Source: Bdellovibrionales bacterium (GTDB taxonomy: Bacteria; Bdellovibrionota; Bdellovibrionia; Bdellovibrionales; UBA1609). Taken from it: DNA of 47,372 nt. Numbering within the stretch: the first letter of the stretch is position 1; each line of letters opens with the position of its first letter. Shown piece by piece: positions 9,045-18,400 of this stretch. The translations under genes and the position numbers were made by a program. Location: the NCBI GenBank assembly GCA_022842925.1, contig JALHOQ010000004.1:1-47372 (forward strand), in the 5' to 3' direction. The notes below the pieces were generated by a model. That model saw only the letters and a list, made by a program, of their open reading frames with translations. It was not told the DNA's origin and ran no database searches.

Positions 9045-10064
9045 ATGAATACGAGATTTCAGAATGCATTGAAGGGTGTGGCCCAGCCCATTCCACCGGT
9101 CTGGTTTATGCGGCAGGCGGGTCGGTACCATAAACATTATCAGGCCCTGCGCCGCGAGCACTCGTTTGTGGAGCTTTGCAAAAAGCCCGAACTGGCAGCC
9201 GAAGTGGCCATGGGTCCCATTCGTGATTTCGACTTCGATGTGTCGATTTTGTTTAGCGACTTACTTTTTCCACTCGAAGCTCTGGGAATGGGTTTGACCT
9301 ACGACCCGGGACCCAAGCTGGGATGGAACCTGACTGAGGAGCGGCTAAAAGAGCTGCGCCCCCATGCGACGGCTCTCGCCGATCTACAGTTCCAGAACGA
9401 GGCGATGAAGGCGACCCGCAAAGTCTTGCCCTCGGAGAAAAGCCTGATCGGCTTTGTCGGTGGGCCATGGACCTTGTTTACCTATGCAGTAGAAGGCGAG
9501 CACAAGGGCAGTTTGATCAAAGCGAAAACACACTGGCGCCTGTATCATAAGTTTTGTGAGTCACTGTTGCCCTTGCTGGAATCGAACATTCAGCTGCAAT
9601 TGGACGGCGGGGCCGAAGTGGTAATGGTGTTTGATACGGCGGGGGGCGAGTTAAGCCCGGCGCTCTTCGTGCAGAATCTGGAGCCGCATTTGCGGAAGCT
9701 AGCGGATCGTTTTCCCGGTAAGCTCGGCTACTACTCCAAAGGAACCACATCCGCCCATCTGCGCTCGATCAAGACCTGCACGACCTTCGCTGGGTTTGGC
9801 GTCGATCACCGATTTGATATGGCGGAAGAGCTGAAAAATCATCGCCATGGATTTCTGCAGGGGAACTTCGACCAGGCCCTGCTGTTTTCTTCACCGCAGG
9901 ATTTTGAAAAACAATTGGAGCTGTATTTGACCGAGTTGCGGTTGCTGACGCCTGAGCAGCGGCGGCACTGGGTTTGTGGTTTGGGTCACGGCGTTCTACC
10001 GGCGACGCCCGAAGAAAACGTGCGTCGTTTCGTGAAGCGGGTGCGCGAGGTGTTCAATCTATGA
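9045..10064 (+). CDS. hemE: Uroporphyrinogen decarboxylase
   Basis: PVWFMRQAGRY, ILFSDLL, LIGFVGGPWTLFTY, LGHGVLP. Confidence 0.97.
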   Translation: MNTRFQNALKGVAQPIPPVWFMRQAGRYHKHYQALRREHSFVELCKKPELAAEVAMGPIRDFDFDVSILFSDLLFPLEALGMGLTYDPGPKLGWNLTEERLKELRPHATALADLQFQNEAMKATRKVLPSEKSLIGFVGGPWTLFTYAVEGEHKGSLIKAKTHWRLYHKFCESLLPLLESNIQLQLDGGAEVVMVFDTAGGELSPALFVQNLEPHLRKLADRFPGKLGYYSKGTTSAHLRSIKTCTTFAGFGVDHRFDMAEELKNHRHGFLQGNFDQALLFSSPQDFEKQLELYLTELRLLTPEQRRHWVCGLGHGVLPATPEENVRRFVKRVREVFNL

Positions 10065-11413
10065 ACCTCTCGCAGCTCGTTAAAAAGTATGATGTCCCCG
10101 TTCCCCGCTATACAAGCTATCCGACCGTTCCTTATTGGTCGGATTCGCCTACGTCCGAGGAGTGGATTCAGTCTTTAAAAAGAGCCATGGTGAATGAGAA
10201 CAGCACCTTTGCCCTCTATGTTCATATCCCGTTCTGCGAGACGCTTTGCACCTTCTGCGGCTGCAACACGGTGATTGGTAAAAGTCATGAGCGCGAAGTT
10301 CCCTATGTGGGGCACTTAGTAAAGGAATTTGAAAATTATCTGCGCCAGGTTCCCGCGATCGGCAAAAAGCCGCTGCGACAGCTGCACTTGGGCGGCGGCA
10401 CTCCGACATTTCTCTCATCCGAAAATCTCGCCACGCTTGTCGGTTCCATTCTTGAAAAATGTGTAATCGATCTTAGCCACTTCGACGCCAGCGTGGAAGT
10501 GGATCCCCGTCGGACCACGGCTGAGCAACTTAAGGTCCTCTACGATCTCGGATTCCGAAGAGTCAGCCTAGGCGTTCAGGATTTTGATCCAGAGGTGCAG
10601 CGGTTGGTGAATCGGATTCAACCATTCGAAGTGACTCAGCGCCTGACGAATCAAGCGCGCGCGATGGGCTACACTTCGGTGAACTACGATCTGATTTACG
10701 GTTTGGCCAAGCAGACGCCGGATTCCTTTCGCGTTACCATCGATCAGACCATTGAACTCCGACCCGACCGCATTGCCCTTTATTCGCTGGCACTGGTGCC
10801 ATGGATCAAGCCTCAACAGCGTCTGTTCAAAGATGAAGACCTGCCGTCGGGGGCAGAGAAGCGAGCCCTTTATGAAATGGCCTATCAAAAGCTGATAGCC
10901 GCTGGCTATGTCGAGATCGGCATGGACCATTTCGCTCTGCCGAACGACGCCTTGGCCGTGGCTTTGAAAACCGGCGGCTTACACCGCAACTTTATGGGTT
11001 ACACCGAAATGCGGACCGATGTTCTACTCGGACTCGGCGTCAGCAGTATTTCTGAAACGCCGGACTGCTTTCATCAGAACGAAAAGGTTTTGCCCGTTTA
11101 TGAGAAAAAAGTAACGGCGGGCGAAGTCCCGACTTTGCGGGGACATAAGCTTACGCCCGAAGATCGCCATCACCGCGAACAGATTTTGTCGTTTATGTGC
11201 AAAGGCGAAGTGCGAATGTCCTCCAGCCCACAAGTCGAAGACGTTAAGTCGTTTTTAACTGATATGATTCAGGATGGTTTGGTGCGAGTGGAAGGCGACG
11301 TATTGAGGCTGACCGATCAAGGTCGGCCCTTTCTGCGCAACGCTTGCGTGGCGCTGGATCGCCGTCTCCGCGACAAACAACCCTCCACCCGGATTTTTTC
11401 ACAAGCCCTATGA
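10061..11413 (+). CDS. hemN: Oxygen-independent coproporphyrinogen III oxidase (radical SAM)
   Basis: PRYTSYPT, YVHIPFCETLCTFCGC, GGGTPT, IGMDHFA, RNFMGY; ATG 10061 overlaps the hemE stop (ATGA). Confidence 0.96.
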   Translation: MNLSQLVKKYDVPVPRYTSYPTVPYWSDSPTSEEWIQSLKRAMVNENSTFALYVHIPFCETLCTFCGCNTVIGKSHEREVPYVGHLVKEFENYLRQVPAIGKKPLRQLHLGGGTPTFLSSENLATLVGSILEKCVIDLSHFDASVEVDPRRTTAEQLKVLYDLGFRRVSLGVQDFDPEVQRLVNRIQPFEVTQRLTNQARAMGYTSVNYDLIYGLAKQTPDSFRVTIDQTIELRPDRIALYSLALVPWIKPQQRLFKDEDLPSGAEKRALYEMAYQKLIAAGYVEIGMDHFALPNDALAVALKTGGLHRNFMGYTEMRTDVLLGLGVSSISETPDCFHQNEKVLPVYEKKVTAGEVPTLRGHKLTPEDRHHREQILSFMCKGEVRMSSSPQVEDVKSFLTDMIQDGLVRVEGDVLRLTDQGRPFLRNACVALDRRLRDKQPSTRIFSQAL

Positions 11414-12618
11414 AGGTTACGATTGTCGGCGCCGGTTTTGCCGGACTCACACTGGCTTACCAACTTTTAGAGCAGGGGATTGAGTGTGAGATTATCGAAA
11501 AGCAGAATAAGGTCGGGGGGCTGATCGACACCTTGCCCGATGAGAACGGCATGGTCGAGACGGCAGCCAACGCGCTCATGTCCGATCGCAATGTCGAGAA
11601 TATGTTTGCGGATTTGAATTTGAACTTCGCCGAACGCCTACCGGCGGCCAAGAAACGCTATATTTTCTGGGAGAAGCCCACGCGCTGGCCCCTCACGTGG
11701 TCGACTTCATTTAAGGCCTCAAAAGAGTTATTTAAAGCGTTTGTTCGGGGCGACGAAGAAGCGTGGCCCGAAAGCGGCGAGAGTATTGAAGAGTGGGCGA
11801 CTCGCCTGGTGAATGAAGAGTTTTGTGAGCGCCTCGTCTCTCCCGCCTTGCAGGGTATTTATGCCGGCGACATCCGCAAGCTGAGCGCGACTTTGATTTT
11901 GAAATCCATGCTTAAAGATCGTCCGCCCAAAGGGGATTTCAAAGGCAGCGTGGCCCCGCCCGGTGGAATGGGCGAACTTATGGATAAACTGGCCGGTTAC
12001 CTCGAGCAAAAGGGCTCGCCGATTCAACTCAAGACGGCGTTCACCATGCCGGACTATATCACCAACCCCCTCGTAATCGCGACCAGCGCCTGGAATGCCG
12101 CGGAAATATTGAAAACGGCGAAGCCACTGATCGCACAGGTTTTGGAGCGGTGCGAGTCTCTGCCTTTGATCCGCGCGGTGTGCTTCTTTCAGCCCACCGA
12201 CGACGACCTTGAAGGGTTCGGTTGTCTATTCCCGACCAAAGAAAAGTTTAACAGTCTCGGTGTACTCTTTGATAACTGCGTTTTTGCTGAACGCTCACAA
12301 GTCCGGGCCGAGAGTTGGATTATCGGCGGCGCCCTTAATCCTTCCGCTTTGACCGCGAGCGACCCAGAAGTGATCGAGGCCATTGTAGCCGATCGCGCTC
12401 GAGTGATGGGGAGCCATGCTCGTCCCCTGACGTATCAGATTACGCGCTGGCAGAGGGCCTTGCCACATTACACCTGCGCGTGGGAAGACGCCCTTCGTGA
12501 CTTAAAGAACGAGCCGCCACTTTATTTGCATGGCAATTACCTCGGCCAATTGGGGTTGAGTCGAATTTTAAACCGGTCAGTTACTCTGGCCGCAGAAATC
12601 AAGGCGAACCATGGTTAA
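11410..12618 (+). CDS. hemY: FAD-dependent protoporphyrinogen oxidase, HemY type
   Basis: VGAGFAGL FAD motif, GIYAGD, GFGCLFP, RWQRALPHY, LHGNY; ATG 11410 overlaps the hemN stop. Confidence 0.9.
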   Translation: MKVTIVGAGFAGLTLAYQLLEQGIECEIIEKQNKVGGLIDTLPDENGMVETAANALMSDRNVENMFADLNLNFAERLPAAKKRYIFWEKPTRWPLTWSTSFKASKELFKAFVRGDEEAWPESGESIEEWATRLVNEEFCERLVSPALQGIYAGDIRKLSATLILKSMLKDRPPKGDFKGSVAPPGGMGELMDKLAGYLEQKGSPIQLKTAFTMPDYITNPLVIATSAWNAAEILKTAKPLIAQVLERCESLPLIRAVCFFQPTDDDLEGFGCLFPTKEKFNSLGVLFDNCVFAERSQVRAESWIIGGALNPSALTASDPEVIEAIVADRARVMGSHARPLTYQITRWQRALPHYTCAWEDALRDLKNEPPLYLHGNYLGQLGLSRILNRSVTLAAEIKANHG

Positions 12619-13639
12619 AAAACCCGGACTACTATTACTGCAACTGGGATCTCCCGCTGCGCCCACGCCCGGTGCTATATACAAGTTTTTGACTGAATTT
12701 TTGACCGATCCCCAGGTCATTGATATCCCGGCGATTCCGCGGCACTTGCTCGTGCGCGGAGTGATCGCTCCGCTGCGCTCACGCCGAGTGGCGGAGGCCT
12801 ATAAGTCCATTTGGACCGAAAAAGGTTCTCCGCTCATGCTCTACACCCAGGACTTCAGCGAAAAAGTGAAAACCGCGTTGGAAAGGCGCTTCGACGTCCG
12901 CTGGGCCGTTCGCTACGGTAACCCCTCGGTGAAGTCCGTGCTTGATGACTGGAACATAAACGAACTCTATGTTGTACCGCTCTATCCGCAGTACGCCCTA
13001 TCGAGCAGTCAGACGGCGATGGATCAAGTCAAGGACCTGGTGGCCAAGTCGGGCAAGTCGATCAAGATGTTTTTCTTGCGTGATTTCTTTGTCGAGCCCG
13101 AGTTTATCCACAGTCAAACGGCGCAAATTCTCGAGGCCGCGCGCGAATTTAAGCCCGACCACTATCTCCTCAGCTTTCACGGCCTTCCCGAACATCACGT
13201 AACCAAGCTCCATCCCGACAAGTGCTTTGTGCAGGCGGGTTGCTGCGAAAAAGTCACCAGCTCGAACCGTTGGTGTTACCGTGCACAGAGCATGGCCACA
13301 GCGCGAGCGTTGAAGGAGGCTCTGGGCCTTACCGGCGGACAGATGTCAGTCGGCTTTCAATCCCGATTAGGCAATCGACCGTGGATCAAGCCCTACACCG
13401 ACGAGCTTCTGCCGAAACTGGTCGAAGACGGCGTGCGCCGCCTGTTGGTGAGCTGCCCCTCATTTGTGTCCGATTGTTTGGAGACGTTAGAGGAAGTGCA
13501 GATTCGCTTGAAAGAGCAGTTTCTTGAGCTGGGTGGCACGGATTTAAAACTCGTTCCGGCGTTGAATGCCGAAGACCACTGGGTCGATGATTTTAGCCAG
13601 ATGTTGACCCGCCACAATCTGCATTGGTGGGAGTCGTGA
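12611..13639 (+). CDS. hemH: Ferrochelatase with an internal Cys insert ([2Fe-2S] type)
   Basis: LGSP, RYGNPS, PLYPQYA, SFHGLP, FQSRLG..PWIKPYT, FVSDCLETLEE; insert C-X5-CC-X9-C. Confidence 0.96.
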   Translation: MVKKPGLLLLQLGSPAAPTPGAIYKFLTEFLTDPQVIDIPAIPRHLLVRGVIAPLRSRRVAEAYKSIWTEKGSPLMLYTQDFSEKVKTALERRFDVRWAVRYGNPSVKSVLDDWNINELYVVPLYPQYALSSSQTAMDQVKDLVAKSGKSIKMFFLRDFFVEPEFIHSQTAQILEAAREFKPDHYLLSFHGLPEHHVTKLHPDKCFVQAGCCEKVTSSNRWCYRAQSMATARALKEALGLTGGQMSVGFQSRLGNRPWIKPYTDELLPKLVEDGVRRLLVSCPSFVSDCLETLEEVQIRLKEQFLELGGTDLKLVPALNAEDHWVDDFSQMLTRHNLHWWES

Positions 13640-13669
13640 AGAGTTGGCCAACTCTTGAGGTAGTTAAAT

Positions 13670-14107
13670 ATGAATCCAGCGGAACTTGAGGAATTTCTAT
13701 ATAAACAAATTCCAATAACCCGCCTGCTCGGTGTGACGATCGTTCACCTCGACGAAAAGCGGGCGGAAGTGCGGGCTCCATTGTCCGAAAACCGCAATCA
13801 CCTCGGGACTGTTTTCGGCGGAAGCTTGAACGCGGTACTGGTTGTCGCCTGTTACGCCTGGTTGTTTAATGTTTTACAGTCCCGCGGCCTGCCATTTCAC
13901 GTCGTTATAAAAAACAGTCAGACTCAATATCTAAAACCAGTCCCATCCGATTTCACCGCGATTTGCGAATCCCCCGACGGGGCCGCGGTCGAAAACTTCC
14001 TCAAAACTCTCGAACGCCGAAACAAAGGCCAGCTCACTCTTCACGCCACAGTCTTCGCCGGCGGGGCCGCTGCCTGCCGCTTTGCGGGCGAATTCGTCGC
14101 GCAGTGA
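13670..14107 (+). CDS. Hotdog-fold thioesterase (YiiD C-terminal-like)
   Basis: QIPITRLLG, APLSENRNHLGTVFGGSL, YLKPV. Confidence 0.85.
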   Translation: MNPAELEEFLYKQIPITRLLGVTIVHLDEKRAEVRAPLSENRNHLGTVFGGSLNAVLVVACYAWLFNVLQSRGLPFHVVIKNSQTQYLKPVPSDFTAICESPDGAAVENFLKTLERRNKGQLTLHATVFAGGAAACRFAGEFVAQ

Positions 14108-14126
14108 TTCGGGATTTACAGTCCGG

Positions 14127-14492
14127 TCACGGACAGGCCGTGTTCCCAGCAGTGTCGACTTCGCAAGTGTAAGAGTTGATGTTGGAGTTCTGGCCGAATT
14201 TCTCGGTTAGCTTCACTTTAACCGAAACTTGTTCGGCGTCGGCGCCCATCCTCTTCAAGCAGTCTTCGCCTTTGGCGATCGCGCGGTTTTTGCACTCCTG
14301 ACCATTTCTCACTTCGGATTCCGCGGACTCCACAAGGGAGTCGCACTTTTTGAGGTGTACAGCCTTCACCTTACCGGTCCGGCTTGAGAACTGCTCGGTT
14401 TTGCAGAAAAATTTGGATTCGGTCAGAAGCACGGGCTGGGCCCAGGCGCTCAAACCGCTCACACAAATCGCGGCCAATAAAACAGATTTCAT
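14127..14492 (-). CDS. Secreted hypothetical protein with six Cys in the mature part
   Basis: ATG 14492, signal peptide ending SAWA. Confidence 0.7.
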   Translation of the reverse strand: MKSVLLAAICVSGLSAWAQPVLLTESKFFCKTEQFSSRTGKVKAVHLKKCDSLVESAESEVRNGQECKNRAIAKGEDCLKRMGADAEQVSVKVKLTEKFGQNSNINSYTCEVDTAGNTACP

Positions 14493-14529
14493 AGCAAACC
14501 CCCTAAGCATCAATTATAAGGGGTCCCGC

Positions 14530-15336
14530 ATGTACTATCAAGCTATCGACGGATTCTATCCTAGGGCCGCGCGGTTACGGGGGGTTTTTGACCGCCGATT
14601 TGTCAATCCATTAGACACCCATCGCGACCGCTTTGTCTGGGATTTTTGGCATGTTCCAGAGGAATATACCTATCTGCGGACGCCCGCGTTCCATTACTTT
14701 CCAAAGGCGATTTATGAACCCTTCCATCGCTATCTCGTGCGCTGGGGCCGCGAGAATCTGGGTTGCCACGATATCTCTCCGCCGTGGTTGAGTTGTTATA
14801 TCGAGGGCTGCCGACAGCAACCCCATCGCGATCTGCCGCACGGCCCTCTCGCATTTGTCTACTCACTCACTCCTAAGAAAAGACAGTTCACTGGTGGCGA
14901 AACCTTTATCCGAAATGCTCGGACCTTGATCGCTCCCAACTTCAATCGCCTGGTTCTTTTCAATCCGAGCGTGGAACATGGCGTGCGCCCCGTGCGCGGC
15001 ACCATCGATCCGCGGGAGGGTCGTTTGGTCATTCATGGATGGTTTGTGAACCCTCGTCCATTTTGGGTTGGACCTCTTTTAGCTCCAGAGGTTATGGGAG
15101 CCATTAGTACAGGTTTGAGAGATGTCGCTCTTCGCAGCCAGGAACGAGCTTTTATATCCTTACGATTGCGCATTTCAAAGCGCGGTACTGTGAGCGCCAG
15201 CCGCGTGCTGTTTCACACCCTGAGTGCTCGTGATCACTCGCAAATTGCTCGCCTGCTTGAAGTGGCGAAGAGCTTGCGATTTCCACCCAAAAGGTCGGCC
15301 ACTATGCTGACTCTGCCTCTCCTTATCGACCCATAA
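14530..15336 (+). CDS. 2OG-Fe(II) oxygenase with a C-terminal TonB-C-like domain
   Basis: HRD motif, FTGGET, FNRLVLF, HGVRPV and distal Arg; likely start ATG 14530. Confidence 0.8.
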   Translation: MYYQAIDGFYPRAARLRGVFDRRFVNPLDTHRDRFVWDFWHVPEEYTYLRTPAFHYFPKAIYEPFHRYLVRWGRENLGCHDISPPWLSCYIEGCRQQPHRDLPHGPLAFVYSLTPKKRQFTGGETFIRNARTLIAPNFNRLVLFNPSVEHGVRPVRGTIDPREGRLVIHGWFVNPRPFWVGPLLAPEVMGAISTGLRDVALRSQERAFISLRLRISKRGTVSASRVLFHTLSARDHSQIARLLEVAKSLRFPPKRSATMLTLPLLIDP

Positions 15337-15363
15337 CGGCCGCTTTGGGGAATGTGAAAATAT

Positions 15364-15387
15364 TACGTAAGTATGCGTATTTACGTA
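15364..15387. promoter_or_regulatory. Imperfect 24-bp palindrome, candidate operator
   Basis: TACGTAAGTATGCGTATTTACGTA matches its reverse complement at 20 of 24 positions; about 85 nt upstream of the 1519-aa gene. Confidence 0.45.
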
Positions 15388-15472
15388 GTTTATGCGTTAT
15401 GTTATGTCTGACTTCACAGGAAAAGTAGGGTAACGAGATTCTAAACGTCCAAGTCAGGTTAAGGGTACATAG

Positions 15473-18400
15473 ATGCGTAGGTTGATTAGTCTCACCGTTT
15501 CGTTGGCGCTCACGTTTCAATCGCTTCTCGCGATTCCGGCGTTTGCGCACGACAATTCGCAACCGGGGGTTCAGACAGGTGTTCGCGGCAGTCCCGTCGC
15601 CAGTGAACACGCGAAAGCTTGGGTTCACGCGGTCGACCCCAGTTCCATTTGGGACACGCCGACAGTCGACCGGGCTCCGGGCGAGCTCGAAAAACTTTGG
15701 GTCGATGCCCTGCAGAAGACCAACGGCAATCCACTCTCCCGCCAAGTCAGCGATGCGGACAAAGCGGCTTACTTCAACATGTGGATCGAACGTCTGCGCC
15801 ACAACGCCTTCGCGCAAGGTTCCGCTGATCCGGAATCCCGTTACTACTCCAACCACCCTCTTGACGTCTTTCAGCTGCTCGGCCAACGCGTGCATGTCAA
15901 GAATGAGCAGGCCGTTTTAGACGGAATCGAAGCGGGTAAACCGATTCTGAATCTCGTCGATTGGCAAAAATTAACTCTGACGATTCTCGATCAGCAAAAA
16001 AATCCCATCCTGCGCATCAATCCCGAAGGCCGAGACATTCGCCATCTGATCCCTGAAGATCGCGTCATTTCGCAAGGTCGCTCCTTCAGCACGGACTCCA
16101 CGACCGGAGCCACTCCGGGCGGCCTTTACACCTTTGAACTGAGCGCTCAGGGTCGGACCCTTCACTCCTTTCAGAACAACGTGAATTCGGTCGCGGTGAT
16201 TGGTCAGTATCTCGTGTTTTTGGAACCGTCTCGCGCGTTGGCTGATCACGGGGTAGTAAATCTCTCGTTTATCGATCTCGAATATTTCGAATCGGCTCTT
16301 GGTAAAACAGTACTGCCGGTTTTCCGCGTTCCGCTCGAAATCGGCGATCTGGCTCGCCAGCCCGATAAATTGAACCTTCGCTACACCCCTCAAGGCCTCG
16401 AAATCGGCGACAAGAAAATCTCGCCCGAGGTTTTCGAATTTTTCAGTCACTTGCAGCAGATGCCGTTCAACATGATGGTGTCGCTGACGGATCCGCAAAC
16501 TTATAAGACCTCAGCGCCGCTCGTCACCGAACTGATTGAAACATGGAACGAGGCTATGGAAGACCAAGCCAAGTCCATGGAAGCGCAATTCGAATCCGCC
16601 GGGATATCTTTCGATCTGATGCGCAAGTTCCAAGCGACCCAAATGGAAGAGTTAAAGCTCCGCTCCCAAGTGGGGGCGAATACCGCGGGCGGACCTCATG
16701 AAAATCTGACCAAAGCCAAAGACCAGCTGGAGCTCGAGGCCCTCGCCTCACTCGATAAAATTATTTTAGAAAACAACGGCGAAGAGGGCGTTGTGGACAT
16801 CGGGGAGTATCCGACTCCTCTCGCTCAGGATGCCAAAACCGCGACGGCCATGCGACTTCAAGCGGCCAAGGCTTTGGGTGAGCGCATCTCGCTCGATGTG
16901 AAAGCTCATACCGCGAAAACGAAAAAGTTTGGAGTGGAGCTCGTCGCCGATGCCGCATTCCAAACCGCGATGCAGAATTTTAACCAAACGATCGCCAAGC
17001 AGCGCAAACTCAGCAACCGCATGACCGCCTTCTGGTCGCGCTTGACCGTTCCCCAGCCGCTCGGCGCACCCAAAATTCAACAGGCCTTGGGTATGATCGC
17101 GGCGAGCGTTCATCACAAGGACTCGCAGGCCACCGAAGGTCTGGACCGATCCGCTTTGGCGCGAGAGGGCATCGCCCGGCTTCTCGCCAACGGCAAGGCC
17201 CGCATCGCTCTTCCTGTTTTGATTGGCGCGGGACTCGCCGCCATTTATCCAGCCGAAGCCGGCCAGTTTTACTATCAAGCTATAGAAGGCGTGCGCACCA
17301 GCATGGACGCCGTTCTGGGTTGGACCTCGAACTGGGGTTACTTAACTTCTGAAGCCTGGACAAAATCTTGGGCTTGGTTAAATGGCCAAGTGCTCGTGAG
17401 CACCTACTGGGTAGGTAACAATTTTGCCAACTTGATGACGGGACTTTCGGCTTTGATGGGCGGCTTGCTGCTGGCGGCGGGCGGACTTCACGTCGTGGTG
17501 AATACGACCACCTTTTTGAAGTCCATGATCAAGGGAGGTTGGAAAAAGTATCGGCAGGAAAATCTGTTTTGGCTGAGTCAGGCCAAGCGCTCCTTCATTC
17601 AGTACATCAATGAGGATAAGAAGGCCTTCTATGAGAGTCTAGCGCGAGCCGAAGCGAAGAAGCGCGGGCTCGAACTCCAGATATCCGGACGAGCCGACGG
17701 ACCTGGATTTAAAGGGGTTTTTCAAGATACGGCATTGAACGATCATACGGTTCTTTCCAAGGCCGAGCTGGAGCATAAGCCTCTCGAAATCGAGCTTCGT
17801 AGTGCCGACGGTCGCTACAAAGTTAAGGGAGTGCTCCACGCCCGGGGCGATCGCCATCATCCCAATTACACAGACGCCGACATAAAAGCTCGCGCGTGGA
17901 ATCTTTTCGATCTCACTCTTGCGGACGGACACAAACTGTCCCGCGCGCTGGAGATCACCGAGGGCGATACCGATCGTTTGTTCTCCGACGAGAATCTAGA
18001 AGCGGGCATTAATGTCGCCGTCAAATCAGAAAGAGGCGAAATGGTCGCCCGGCTGCAGAACTTGAACTGGACCGCCAATGAGAAGGCCGAACTGGATGGC
18101 GTGATGCACTCCCTCGAGGAGGCGGATCGAAAATGGGCCGCCAAGATGGAGCGTCTGGCGGATTTGCCCCTGATCGGCCGGTTCTTTAAGAAGTCTGATG
18201 GAGAGATCCGAACTTTGGGCAAGGCCCTCGGGCACTTCGCGATCGGTTATTCTTCGTGGACACATTCAACGCGCTTGTTTGGTAAGATTTGGAATCCATG
18301 GTTCTTGGTTCGGAATATCGCATTCCGCCCACGTACGTGGATGACCATGATGGTATATCCGAACTACTTTAATCGCACCGTCTTTGGCGCCAAAGAAGGA

